Positions 1 to 12,459 are shown, counted from the stretch's first letter. The stretch: 55,031 nucleotides of DNA from Prorocentrum cordatum (GCA_963575745.1 CAUYUJ010000190.1:62001-117031), one strand, 5' to 3'. The notes: generated by a model not told the origin, from the sequence alone. Numbers and translations: made by a program.

Positions 1-857
1 TTGGACTGACCGGCAGCAGGGTCAAAGCAGTGGGCACGCCAGGCGAAAAGCGCGGCGATTACCACTCGGAAGAGCCGCTCGCGGATAGCTCCGTTTGTAC
101 AGGTCATGTACTATGCGTATAGCGTACCTTGCGGCAGATCTGCCGCGCCTACAGTTTTCTGCAAATCGACTGGCCCGTGGGGTGAGTAAGCCCACTGTGG
201 GCCACTGGAACCGGCTCAAGCGCGCGGTGCGCTACCTGAAGGGCCACCCCCGGTGGGTTCAGCAGTTCCAGATGCAGGAGCCTGTGGGGCATGTTGACGT
301 ATGGACAGATTCTGATTGGGCGTCAGACCCAACAGACCGGAAGTCTGTGAGCTGCACGGTAGTGATGATTGGCAATCACTGCCTACGATGTTCGACTGCT
401 ACACAGACGAGTCCAGCTCTGTCCTCAGGAGAGGCGGAATTTGTAGCGAATGTCAAGGGAGGGAACCATTCTCTTGGCATGCAGTCCATAGCCCGGGACT
501 TCGGCGACGAGCTGCGGATCCGTCTGCGGACAGACAGCACAGCTTCCAAGGGGATCGCTTCCCGGAACGGTCTCGGGAAGGTGCCTTTTGGACGCGGCAT
601 TGTTGTGGATACAGCACCAGGTAGGAAAGGGGAAGATCCAGATGCACAAAGTAGACGGTAAAACTAACTTAGCTGATCTTGGGACCAAGGACGTCGAGGA
701 GGCTTTGATAGTTCGTTTTATGGGAGGCATGGGATTCAAGGAGGAGGCCGGACGTCATCCAAAAGCGTTGAGGGTTTCGCACGGCTTGGGCGGCTACGGG
801 GAGGAGGCCCTTCTAGCTCAGACGGATGATGTGGGAAACGAGAAGGAGCTCATCTAA
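1..857 (+). mobile_element. Ty1/copia LTR retrotransposon pol C-terminus (end of RT plus RNase H), frameshifted near 585 and 5'-truncated by the window edge
   Basis: Copia motifs LKRAVRYLKG, TDSDWA..RKSVS, LSSGEAEF, TDSTASKGIASRNGLGKV. Reading continues in another frame as LDAALLWIQ...KVDGKTNLADLGTK. Confidence 0.92.
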
Positions 858-992
858 GTAATAGCTCGTGTATGTTCGTGTTGTACAGTAAGAACGGTCT
901 CGCGGCGAGCCCCGTGGGGGGTTCTGAACCGCAAAGATGATTAGGAGCGTATAGAACATGTCACTGGTAGTGTACAGTCACCAGTTTCATGT

Positions 993-1122
993 TAGGAGGG
1001 GTGTTGAAGTTACTCCCCATCATGCTCTCTAATCTTCTGTATTCTATCTTCTTTCTCTTACTCTCACTTTGCTTTGCGCAATAGCCGTTTCAGCTTCGAG
1101 GAAAGAGGGATTTTCTTCATCA
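993..1122 (+). mobile_element. Polypurine tract and short 3' LTR (1002-1122) of the copia element
   Basis: AGGAGGGG directly precedes TGTTGAAG. The segment ends CTTCATCA (7/8 inverted match, TG...CA), and satellite sequence starts immediately after. Confidence 0.7.
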
Positions 1123-2090
1123 CTTCTACTCTACCCCTTCCGTCTACGAGACAACACCCAGTACTCAACAGCCTCCGTCTCCAACGCAACACCCAAGACT
1201 CAACATGTTTCCTCCCGAAGATGAACTTGACAATCACCTTGTACTCTACCTCCCCCGTCTACAACACGACACCAGTACTCAACAGCCTCCGTCTCCGACA
1301 CAACGCCAAATACTCAACAGGCTCCCTTCCCAAGCTGGGCTTGAACATAACCTTCTACTCTACCCCTTCTGTCTACAAGACAACGCCCAGTACACAACGG
1401 CCTCTGTCTCCAACACAACACCCTATAGTCAACATGTTTCCTCCCGAAGATGAGCCTGATAATCACCTCGTGCTCTACCCCCTCCGTCTACAATGCAAGA
1501 CTCAGTGCTCACAGCCTCCTTCTGCGACACAACACCTCGTACTCAACAGGCACCTCCCCCAAGTTGAACTTGATAATCAGCTTGTACTCTACCCCCTCTG
1601 TCTACAAAACAGCACCCAGTGCTCATTAGCCTCCGTCTCCGACACAACACCAAATACTAAACAGGCTCCCTGCCAAAGCTGAACTTCGAAGTGATCTTCT
1701 ACTCAACCTTTTCCGTCTGCAACACAACACCCAGTACTCAACAGCTTCCGTCTTCAACGCGGTACTACATACTCAACAAGCCTCCAAAAGTTGAGCTTGA
1801 AAATCAACTTCTACTCACCCCCTCCGCCTACAACACAGCACTCAACAACCTCCCTTTCCAATACAACGCCCACTATTCCACAGGCTCCATCCAAAGGCTG
1901 AGCTTCAAAATAATCTTCTACTCCTACCCCTCCGTCATCACCACACTCCCAGTATTCAACAGCCTTCGTTTCCAACACAACACCAATTCGGAACAGATCT
2001 CCCGAAGCTGAACGTGACAATAACCTTCTATTCTGCTCCTTAACATCTACAGCGCAACACCCCGTATTCAACACCCTTCGTCTACAACGC
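1123..2090. repeat. Degenerate tandem satellite, ~115-bp unit with internal subrepeats
   Basis: TACTCTACC-type anchors recur near 1126, 1241, 1355, 1470 and 1584; repeated CCGTCTACAACACAACACCCAGTACTCAACAG. Confidence 0.85.
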
Positions 2091-2187
2091 GCGAGCCACG
2101 GCCGGCGCACGCACATGAACCGCCCTTCCCGTTTTGCAATTTTTCTAAGAGGAAAGGGGTGGCTCATGGTGCGTGCCGAGACCCAAG

Positions 2188-3011
2188 TATTTGAAAGAGC
2201 GTGTTCTACCGCTGCTGGCGGAAAACCAGGGGGGGTCACTACCGGTTCGAACCCCTCCCCCCCCCCCCCTCCGGAAAACCGGGGGGGGTCTTTACCGGTT
2301 CGAACCCCTCCCCCCCCCACCCCAGTTCATCATGAAAAGAGGGGGGGGTCACTACCGGTTCGAACCCCCCCCCCCTCGAAAACCGGGGGGGGTCACTACC
2401 GGTTCGAACCCCCCCCCCCTCGAAAACCGAGGGGGGGTGCGGACAGTGGTGGGGACGGTGGTGGTGGGGACAGTGGTGAGGGGACAGCGGGACAGTGGTG
2501 GGGACAGTGGGACAGTGGTGGGGACGGTAGTGGTGGGGACAGTGGCGAGGACAATGGTGGGAACACAGGGGGCAGTGGACAGTGGTTGGGACGGTGGTGG
2601 TGGGGACAGTGGTGTGGGGACAGTGGGAATGAGGTGGAAACAGTGGGACAGTGGACGGTACAGTGGTGGTGGGGACAGTGGTGAAGGCGGTGGCGAGGAC
2701 AGTCGTTTGCTGGCGGTGAGTGGGGGGGGAGGGGTTCGAACTGGTAGTGATCCCCCCTCCGGTTTTCGAGGGGGGGGGCCCCCCCCCGGTTTTCGAGGGG
2801 GGGGGGGAGGGGGGTTCGAACTGGTAGTGACCCCCCCCGGTTTTCGTGGGGGGGGGGGGGTTAGGGGGAGGGGGGTTTTTGCCGGGGGAGGGGAGGGAGG
2901 GGGTCCAGCAGGGGGGGTTTTTCGGAGGGGGGGGGGGGGACCCCCGGGTTCCGGAGGAAGAGGGCGGAAATTTTCACAGTAAAGCGGCGGTGGATCACGC
3001 TCTATCAAATA
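2188..3011. mobile_element. Foldback-like non-autonomous TIR element
   Basis: 29-bp terminal inverted repeats (TATTTGAAAGAGCGTGTTCTACCGCTGCT / AGCGGCGGTGGATCACGCTCTATCAAATA, 25/29). Inverted arrays of G-run-TCACTACCGGTTCGAA-C-run surround a GGGACAGTGGTG minisatellite. Confidence 0.75.
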
Positions 3012-3095
3012 TCTACATAAATACATCACTATTTTTGTGCAGCCTCTTTACTTATTGACTAATCTGTTTCTATATGCATACATCGATACATCTGC

Positions 3096-3185
3096 ATGTA
3101 TGTATGTATGTATGTATGTATGTATGTATGTATGTATGTATGTATATATATATATATGTATAAGAACCTGTATGTATAAGTACAC

Positions 3186-3241
<56 letters not shown>

Positions 3242-3244
3242 AAT

Positions 3245-3281
<37 letters not shown>

Positions 3282-4050
3282 AGGAGAGATCAGTTGCCAA
3301 GTGCGTGCGCCCACCGTTTGCCCGTCAGCCCCGCTGTCACTTCATTTCTCTCTCTTCTCCCTCTTCTCCTTCCTGTGTGCGCTTGCGGCTGGCAAGTCGG
3401 ACTGAGGCGACTCCGACAGGGCAGCTCGCCTTTGAGGATGTCTTGGTTGTGCCCGCTGAGGCGCGGGAAGCTTCCGAGGAGCTGCCCGGTCACTCAGCTG
3501 TTGATCGTGCGACCACCTCTCATGCTTCTGGGCATTTCCTGGCCACTTCCCTCCTGGCCGCTTACCTGCGTGATCCTGATTAGGGGTTTTGCTATCACCA
3601 GCTGGTTGTAATATCGCTTGCCTTGCCATCTCTTCTCCTCCTCCTCCTCCTCCTCCTCCTCCGCGCCTGCGGTTTTGTCTCACTCGGGAGGAGAGGGTGA
3701 GGATGGTTCTGCGGCAGAGATGCCTGCCGACTCCCTTGAACGAGTTGGGCGTGTTCGCACTGTCCCCCGTTGACCTCTTTCCTTCTCCTCCCAGAGTGTG
3801 CTGAGGTATATCCATACACACATATATTTATTCATATATATATATATACACATACACATAGAGAGAGCGAGAGAGAGAGAGAGAGAGAGAGAACGAGAGA
3901 GAGAGAGACAGAGATGGGAAGTGAGAGGAAGAGAGAGGAGCAGAGAAAGAGAGAGAGAGAGAGAGTGAGAGGAAGAGGGAGAGACAACGACAGAGATACG
4001 GTGAGAGAGCCAGAGAGAGAGAGAGAGAGAGCCAGAGAGAGAGCGAGCGA
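3096..4050. repeat. Compound microsatellites (TATG)n, (TA)n, (GA)n in two blocks (~3096-3285, ~3832-4050)
   Basis: Read directly from the sequence. Confidence 0.9.
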
Positions 4051-4291
4051 GCGAACCGTCGGCTCGAGCACAATCGAGCTGGCCAGGTGCCTGCCGTCCT
4101 GGCCCTCCGGAGGGCCGGCTGCTCGGCCTCTTGGGGCCGTCTCAGACGTCGCCCCGGGAGCGGAGAGCTTTTGACCCGGGCAGTGGGCTCTCCTTGTGTC
4201 CGCGGGGTTCACGTGTCCCGCGCCGCGCCGCGCGGCCGGGCCTCTGGGGAGGGGGAGGGGGAGAGGGAGAGAGAGGGAGAGCGAGAGGGAG

Positions 4292-4462
4292 AGGGAGAGA
4301 TCAGGAGGGAAAAGACCACACAGACATAAGTAATTGTCGATTCCCCAGAGAAGATCGGAAAATATGGGAAGTGGGGGGGAGACAGAAACCCAGAACATAT
4401 TATACAATATGGGGAATGTTTTTATGTTTGTGTGTATTGATTTGTGTGTCCTTGGGCCCCTT
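4292..4462. repeat. Partial copy of the MITE family also at 22795-22995
   Basis: Shared AGGAGG.AAAAGA...GAAAATAT.GGAAGTGGGGGG...GACAGAAACCCAGAA...TTTGTGTGTCCT.GGGCCCCTT. Confidence 0.75.
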
Positions 4463-4713
4463 GAAGAGAGAGTGAGAGAGAGAGAGAGAAGCCCGGGCGG
4501 GTCTGGCCGCCACGGCCTCGTTGCCAGGGCTTCCCCCCTGAACAAAACACATCCAGCAACAATTAGTTGCACCGTGCGAGGAAGAGGGCTGGATACCAAT
4601 GCCCTTGAGAACAAAACACCGCACGCCACTGGGCCCCTGGCGCTGAGGGAGCTAACTGGCTGGGTACTCCAGGCCTTGCTTGCTGCCCTCTCATCGTGTG
4701 TATCCTCGTGAGT

Positions 4714-5960
4714 TTCCCAACCATCCTGTGGTGACGGGTCCTCGTTTTGAAGAGACAGCGCTCGGCGTCCTTGCTCCTTCTTTCTTCTCCCGCTCCCTCC
4801 TCCCATCCTTTCCCTCCGCATGTCTCGTTTCTGGCACACCGCTCACCCGTTTTGTGGCCCCATGGGGAGCTCCACCGAAAGTTCCAGCGGCAGGGTCCGC
4901 ATCTCGTACCCGCGTCCGATTTGGCGCACCCCCCCACACGTTCCGTGGCCCCATATGGAGGTCCACCGAAGGCCACAGCAGCAGGATCCTCTTGGCGTGC
5001 CCGCACTCGATTCGGCACACCCTTTTCACGTTTCGTGGCCCCACAGGCAGCTTCACCGAAGGCCCCAGCAGCAGGGTCCGCATGGCGTACCCGCGCCCGA
5101 TTTGGCGCACCTTAGACATTTCGTGGCCCCGTAGGGTGTTCCGCGGAAGGCTCCAGTGGCAGGGTCCGCATAGCGTATCCACACCCGATTCGGCACACCG
5201 CTCACCCGTTTTGTGGCCCCGTGGGGAGCTCCACCGAAAGCTCCAGCGGCAGGGTCCGCATCTCGTACCCGCGCCCGATTTGGCGCACCCCCCCACACGT
5301 TCCGTGGCCCCATAGGGAGGTCCACCGAAGGCACCAGTGGCAGGGTTCGCATGGCGTACCCGCACCTGATTCGGCACACCCCTGTCACGTTTCGTGGCCC
5401 CATAGGGAGTTCAACTGGAAGCCCCAGCGGCAGGGACCGCGTGGCGCACCCGAGTCCGATTTGGCACACCCCGCGGACGTCCCGCGACGCTCGCCGCTCG
5501 CCCTGAAGGATTTCGAGCATCGCGCTCGGGTCGTCCGCGGCGCGGGGTCAGAAACATCGGTTTGCTGACAAGGGGCGAGGCGCCAAGCAGAGCGCGTGGG
5601 AGTCGGGCAGCACTTGGAGGCAGAGCACAAGGGAGTCCCCGCGACGCGCGGTGGCCGCCCCGAGGGGATTCCAGCGACGCGCGCGGGACGTCCGCGGCGC
5701 CAGGCCACACGTCCAGTTTGGCAGTCGAGAGAAGGCGAGACTCAGGCGTGCCGTTCCTCAAATCAGGCCTCGCGGATAAGCCCGTTGAAACCCAGCTTCT
5801 TGGGCGAGGCCGTCGCTAAATCAACAAGGTCCTCCGCTCGCCCAGGCCCCCTTGTTTCGCCGCCCTCGCCACAATCCTCTTGCCAGACCCCTTCCTCCCT
5901 TTCACCTGCTTCGTCATGTTCACAGCTGCACATGGTTCGGTTTTTCGCTCAGATAATTCG
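4714..5960 (+). repeat. Satellite-bearing dispersed element, type A copy 1 (conserved head, ~90-bp tandem array, conserved tail)
   Basis: Head TTCCCAACCATCCTGTGGTG..GGTCCTCGTTTTGAA; unit anchor TTTCGTGGCCCCATAGGGAGCTCCACCGAAGG every ~90 bp; tail shared with ~6990-7447. Strand is nominal. Confidence 0.8.
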
Positions 5961-6068
5961 TTAACGAATCGTTATCAGCTTGAACTGCGCGCCGCTTGTG
6001 GCAGTAACTCTTGCTGAGTGAAGGAAGGGCCTTCATAGCTTGCCATTGCACGCGGCACGGTCGGTGTA

Positions 6069-6149
6069 TTTCCCAGCCGTCCTGTGGTGTTGGCTCTTCG
6101 TTTTGACAGGAACTCCCCGCGTCATCTTCCTCCTCGCCCACCCTGCCTC

Positions 6150-6203
<54 letters not shown>

Positions 6204-7447
6204 CCCGTCTTCGTCGTTTCGTCGTCTTCGTCGTCGTCGTCGTCATCGTCGTCGTCGTCGTCATCCTTGCCCTCCGCATCTCCCTGTTTCGGTACGCCCT
6301 TCGCACGTTCGCGCTTCCATGGGGAACTCCAGCGAAGCCCCTGCGGCAGGGCTTGCATGGCGCACCCGCGCCCGATCCGGCACACCCTCTAATGTTTTTC
6401 GTGGCCCCACAGGGTGCTCCACCGAAGGCCCCAACAGCAGGGTCCGCATGGCGTGCCCGTGCCAGAGTCGGCACAACCCTAAGAAGTTTCGTGGTCCCAT
6501 CGGGAGCTTCAGCAAACGCCACAACGGCAGGGTCCGCATGGCGTACGCGCGCCCGATTCGGCACATTCCTCACACCTTTCGTGGCCCCATGGGGAGCTTG
6601 AGCGACGGCTCCAGCGGCAGGGTCCGCATGGCGTGCCCGCACCCGACTCAGCACACCTCTCGCACGTTTCGTGGTCCCATGGGGTGTTCCGCCGAAGGCT
6701 CCAGTGGCGGAGTCCGCATGGCGCACCCGGGCCCAATCGGCACACCCTCACATGTTTCGTAGCCCCATGGGGGGGTACAAAGGCTTCAGTTCGATTCGGC
6801 ACACATCTCACACATATCGTGGCCCAACAAGGATCTCCACCGAAAACCCCAGTGGCAAGGTTCGTATGGCGTACCCGCACCCGATTCGGCGCCCCCCTCG
6901 CACGTTTCGTGGCCCCGTAGCGAGTTCCACCGAGGGCCCAGCGGCAGGGTCCGCATAGTGTACCCGCATTCGATTCGGCACACCCTGCGAAAGCCCCGCG
7001 ACGCGCGCCGGCCGCCCCGAAGGAGTTGAGCGATGCGTGCGGGTCGTCCGCGGCGCAGGGTCATCAAACATCGGTTTGCTGACAAGGGGCGAGGCGCCAA
7101 GCAGAGCGCGTGGGAGTCGGGCAGCATTTGGAGGCAGAGCACACGGGAGTCCCCGCGACGCGCGGTGGCCGCCCCGAGAGGATTCCAGCGACGCGCGTGT
7201 GACGTCCGCGGCGACAGGCCATACGTCCAGTTTGGCAGTCGAGAGAAGGAGAGTCAGGCGGGCCGTTCCTCAGGTCAGGCTTCGTTGAAACCAGCTTTTT
7301 GGGCGAGGCCGTCGCCGAACGAGGAGAACCTTCTGCTCGTCCATGCCGCCCCCGCCCGAATCGTTTTGCCAAACCTTTTCCTCCTAATCGCCTGCCTCGC
7401 GATGTTCGCAGCTGCGTATGGTTGGGTCATTCGCCACGATCGTCTTT
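6069..7447 (+). repeat. Satellite-bearing dispersed element, type A copy 2
   Basis: Same head (diverged), (TCG)n spacer, 90-bp units near 6307, 6397, 6487, 6577 and 6667, and tail AAACATCGGTTTGCTGACAAGGGGCGAGGCGCCAAGCAGAGCGCGTGGGAGTCGGGCAGCA matching copy 1. Confidence 0.8.
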
Positions 7448-8702
7448 TCACTGGGAGTTTTTCGCGTCAACATGTAGACAGTGATGGACTTGCTCAGGGA
7501 AAAACCGTGTTTGTTTCATCGTTTGTGGCCTACGCCAGAGTTCGACTAGTTGAGCATCGTTTCTCAAGCGTGGCGATGTGTACTTGTGGCTTTTGGCCCA
7601 TCCCGGCACCATGCTCGGGTTGTGGGTCAGAGTCATTCGGGCCCCTGGGGGCTTCGTGGGTCTGAAAAGTTCCAGTGCCAAGCCGCCCCACACCGTGCCA
7701 AACCCCAGGACATTTGGCAATTTGGGTTCCGGGCCCCGTAGAGACTTTTCGAGGGTGAGGATTTAGGTTTAGATGACACCCACTCCGTGCCCAACGGCAC
7801 GGTGGCGGATAGCATCTTGATGACGGTATCGCTGTCGTTGCCGCGTTGCCGTCGCTCCATATCGGTCTTGTTCTTCTTGGTATCATCATTTCGGGGCGTC
7901 GGCCGCCGGCCCTGATTCATAGAAAACGACACATGATTCAATCCATACACGCGACAAGGAGGAGGAGAAGAGGGAAAAGGAGGCGGATGAGGATAGTGAT
8001 TGGGAGGGATATGAGGAGGAAACGGAAGACGATGAGGAAGAAAAAGAAGGGCATGATGAGGGAAACGAAACATGTTAATAGTGATCGTACGAATGATTAT
8101 GGTAAGAATGCGAATCGTATTGTTATCATTACGGGCACTCGTAACAAGTGTGGTAATCATGATGATAATAATTGCCGTCGTCGTACTACATGCGAGTAGC
8201 GATAATAACGATATTCGCATCAACGACACCAGTAATACTTATATCAAGACACGTGCCGAAACTAACCGTTATCCGTATTATCAGGAAAGCCAATGTTAAT
8301 ATTCGTACTGATATCGTTACCACTATGTGTACGAATGCAGATATTCGTATTTCCCCTAATACTATTACGAATCACGGTTCGTATTACGAAAGTTGTAAGT
8401 ACGAATCGTTGTAACAAACGTCAACACGGTCATGGCATATAACGATGGAATTGTTAGGGGTCGTATGCATAAGCTTATTTTTGGTGATAATCATAACAAG
8501 AAAACAAAAACAGGTGCGAGTAATACGACAATCATGGCCAACACATGGTATCGGAGTGCGATTACGACAAAGGATATCATGAATAATAAGCGATCAATGT
8601 TAATGTTCTTACTGATAAGGGTACTCACGCTGATGTTAGCAAGCGTACCGCTAAACATAGGACGTCTCGTAGTTCGGATAACAGTAGTACTCGTATTACG
8701 AC

Positions 8703-8714
8703 TGGTACTACTGC

Positions 8715-8766
<52 letters not shown>

Positions 8767-8782
8767 CGTAGTAGTAGTAGTC

Positions 8783-8854
<72 letters not shown>

Positions 8855-8977
8855 CAGTACTACCACTACTACGACTACTACTACTACTTACTGCTACTAC
8901 TACTACTACTACTGCTACTACTACTACTACTACTGTTGCTAGTGTTACTACTACTACTACTGCTACTACTACTACTA

Positions 8978-9037
<60 letters not shown>

Positions 9038-9110
9038 TTCGTTCGTATCAGTATTATTTCTACTACTACTACTACTAGTACTACTACTACTAGAGCTGCT
9101 ACTACTGCTA
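8703..9110. repeat. Head-to-head (TAG)n / (CTA)n microsatellite within an AT-richer low-complexity region
   Basis: (GTA)n switches to (TAC)n at TAGTAC-A-GTACTA near 8856. Confidence 0.9.
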
Positions 9111-10625
9111 GGTAGTAGTAATAGCGTTGCTGTTGCTAATGACAACCTCAAAATTATAATAATATTCGAGCCACTACTGGGATTGCTGGTGATACGAATA
9201 CGGGTAGTAGTATTGTGATACCCTTTATAATGTTCATATTAATAAGCACGACGCTCGTATCAATACAACAGTGAATGATACGAATTGTAAGCGTATGCGT
9301 ATTCGTTCTATGCAGGAGACGACGAATCATATCTAGTGAACAGGATTCGTAGTAATTAGAGGAGGAGGAGGAAGAGGATGAGGGAGCGAAGGAGGAGGAG
9401 GAAGACCAGTAGGAGGAGGAGGAGAGGGAGGAGGAAGAGGAGGAGGAGGAGAGGGAGGATGAGGAGGACGAGGAGAAACTTGAGGAGAAGGAGGAGGAAG
9501 AGGAGGAGGAGGAGGAGGAGGAGAAGAAAGAGGGAGGACGAGGAGGGACACGACACATAATAGCAAGAGCAAGCCACTGGCATTGCCATTGCCAACAACA
9601 CTCATCTAATCATTGCTGTCATTCGTATTCGTATTCTCAGTATTTTGCACCATGTTATGCCTCCTGCTGCTACGACTAATCTTATCATTAACGCCAAGCA
9701 CCGTGTTCAGACGAATAATAAGAGCACGGCGCATACTATTATGATATTCGCACGCTGAAAAAACAACATACATATTATTGATAGTGCTACTATCAACGGG
9801 TATTCATATAACGAAAAGTTTAGTATTAAGATAATGTTCGTGAACATCTGAATCGTATTATTAATATTAATGCTCATACGGGTAATCTTAAACAAACAGT
9901 GCTACTACTTAGGGAAGGAGGAGGAGTAAGAGAGGGAGGAGGAAGAGGAGGAGGAGAGGGAGGAAGAGCGGGGACGAGCAGTCAGAAAGGAATGACGACG
10001 ACTGGCGTCGATGGGTTCAAGTCATCTGGGGGCCAACATGTAATTCAAATACTTTCAGGTGTTATACCATTGACTTCGGAGAGGTGTTCGACAGAGGCTG
10101 CTTCTTAGCATCATTCCAGCATCGCCTCTGGAGCGCTCACGATGGTCTGATGAGGGTCACCGAGAGGCCCCCAGGTGTCCCCGAAGAGACCCCCAAGACT
10201 ACCAACGCAGGTCCATGAGGACCCCACAGGGCCCAAACAGGCAACAGTCAGTTTCCAAGATACGCAGAAATCGTCCCAAGAGAGATCCGACTAAGAGAGC
10301 CAAGGGGGGCCCCAACATGCCCTCAGGCTGGGCCCAAAGGGTCCCAAGAGCCCCTCATTTCTTCCACGTCCTCCTCGTGATCCCCAGCCCCATTCCTCGT
10401 CCTCGACCTCCTCCTCGTCCTCCTCCTCCTCGTCCTCGTCCTGCTCCTCCTCGTCCTCGTCCTCCTCGTCCTCCTCCTCGTCCTCGTCCTCCTTCGTCCT
10501 CCTCCTCGTCCTCCTCGTCCTCCATGCCCGTTTTCTCCTCGTCCTGGGCGCTGGCCTCCGAGGGCCCCCATCGAGGGATGTCGAGCTGCCTGGGCACCCG
10601 ACCAGGATCGGTGAGGTGGTCAGGT

Positions 10626-10782
10626 TTACCAGCCTCGAACGTATCCCTATCCCTAAGATTGACACGCCAAAAGGCGATGACAATCTTAGGGATTCGCCCT
10701 AAAAAAATAAGGGAATCCTAAGATTGGCATCGTGATGAGGAGGTGCCCAGCATAGGGATAGCGGTATGTTCCAGGCTGGTAA
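10626..10782. mobile_element. ~157-bp MITE (TTACCAGCCT family), copy 1, 26-bp flanking direct repeat
   Basis: TIRs TTACCAGCCTCGAACGTATCCCTATCCCTA / TAGGGATAGCGGTATGTTCCAGGCTGGTAA; GACCAGGATCGGTGAGGTGGTCAGGT at 10600-10625 and 10783-10808. Confidence 0.88.
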
Positions 10783-10963
10783 GACCAGGATCGGTGAGGT
10801 GGTCAGGTGACCTTGCCCGGCGCCGCGTCCTCGGCATGCAGGTGCGGGGCCCTGTGGACAACGGTCCGCGGGCCTCGAGGCTCTGCTCGGGACCAGCTCG
10901 TCGTCCCGATCCGTCTTGTGAAGGTTTTGGGGGCCGGGGAGCAAGGATCCAGGACGTCTCTCC

Positions 10964-11170
10964 TCGGCGGCGAGCGGGGGGGGGGAAGTGAGAAGGAAAA
11001 GGCCTTCTCAGAAGGGTCAGAAGTCCCCCAGCCTTCCGAGAGGTTTTCTGTGCCCTCCCCGAAGCCCCGAAGGCAGACAGCAGCCTCAGAAGGCACGAGG
11101 GCTCTGAGAGGTCCCGCCGCCTTCTGAGAATGCCTTCTCCTGCTCACTTCCCCCCCTCGCTCGCCGCCGA
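10964..11170. mobile_element. MITE (TCGGCGGCGAGCG family) with 5-bp TSD TCTCC
   Basis: ~30-bp imperfect TIRs; TCTCC on both flanks; related copy at 22121-22514. Confidence 0.8.
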
Positions 11171-11358
11171 TCTCCTCCAGGACCCCCCTTTCCCGTGGCG
11201 ACCTCTGGGCTGGGGCAACCGAACCCCCCCCCCCAGCTCTGCCCGGGGGTGCGCTCCGGCCAGGGGTTCGAGGCGGGCCCGGCCGTGGCGACGGGAGCGC
11301 TCCAGGAGGATCGGCACAAAAGTACATGGCCTGCGAGCTTGCCTGTGCCTGTTCGCAG

Positions 11359-11920
11359 GCATGCATGCATGCATGCGTGTGTGTGTGTGTGTATGCATGT
11401 GTGTATGTGTGTGTATGAATGAATGAATGAATGAATGAATGCGTGTATGTCTGTATGCATGAATGTCTGTCTGTCTGTCTGTCGTCTGTCTGCCTGCCTG
11501 CCTGTCTGTCTGTCTGTCTGTCTGTCTGTCAGTCTGTATGCTTGCATGTATGTATGTATGCATGCATGCATGCATGTATGTATGTGTGCATGTATGTATG
11601 TATGTATGTATGTATGTATGTATGTATGTATGTATGTATGTATGTATGTATGTATGTGTATGTATGTATGTATGTATGTATGTATGTATGTATGTATGTA
11701 TGTATGTATGTATGTATGTATGTATGTATGTATGTATGTATGTATGTATGTATGTATGTATGTATGTATGTATGTATGTATGTATGTATGTATGTATGTA
11801 TGTATGTGTATGTGTGTGTGTGTATGTATGTATGTATGTATGTTTGTATGCTTGTATGTATGCATGCATGCATCCATGCATGTAGGTAGGTGCGTACGTG
11901 CGTATGTATGTGTGACTGCA
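11359..11920. repeat. Compound microsatellite dominated by (TATG)n
   Basis: Read directly from the sequence. Confidence 0.95.
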
Positions 11921-12387
11921 TGTCTGTGCATACCGCTAATTACATACCTATAACTATTTAGGTGCCATGCGAGTAAGTTCACAAACGTACGTATGCACAT
12001 ACATAGTTACACACCTATATATCTGTATATATATATATATAGATACACGTGTGCTCACGCGTATGCCAATGCACGTATATGCACATATGCATGTATGCTT
12101 ATTTGTTCGTATGCAGGTATACGTGTCATGTGCGCGGTATGTGCATAGTTCTGTATGTGTGCATGCATGCTGCGCAGGATGCGCACATGGCTGGCTACGC
12201 GTATGTGTATGTGCGTGACGCTGTCTCAGCATTCCAGATGGATCTTCTGGGTCCGGACACGGCGGTTGGGCTGATAGCAGAACCTGTCCTGGTCGGCAAG
12301 AGCAAGAGGCGAAGAGTGAGGTAGATTGGCTGCGTGCTTCCAGCACACACACACACATATCTGCATCCTCGAAATCGTTAGTCGATC

Positions 12388-12408
12388 CCGTACCCGTTTT
12401 TGTTCAAA
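12388..12408 (+). other. Relict dinoflagellate spliced-leader sequence upstream of the ERGIC3-like gene
   Basis: CCGTACCCGTTTTTGTTCAAA vs SL CCGTAGCCATTTTGGCTCAAG: 16/21 ungapped, sense orientation, 51 nt before ATG 12460. Confidence 0.6.
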
Positions 12409-12459
12409 AGGCACTCCCCAGGGGCGGTCCTCGGCTCCCGCCGGCGCTCCCAGAGGACG

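Noticed and set aside
3300..3800. Unique-looking stretch with short ORFs
   Set aside because: No recognisable motif or exon support.
10141..10195. CTGATGAG as a hammerhead ribozyme core
   Set aside because: No GAAA after a closing stem II, and no matching stem I/III with a cleavage triplet.
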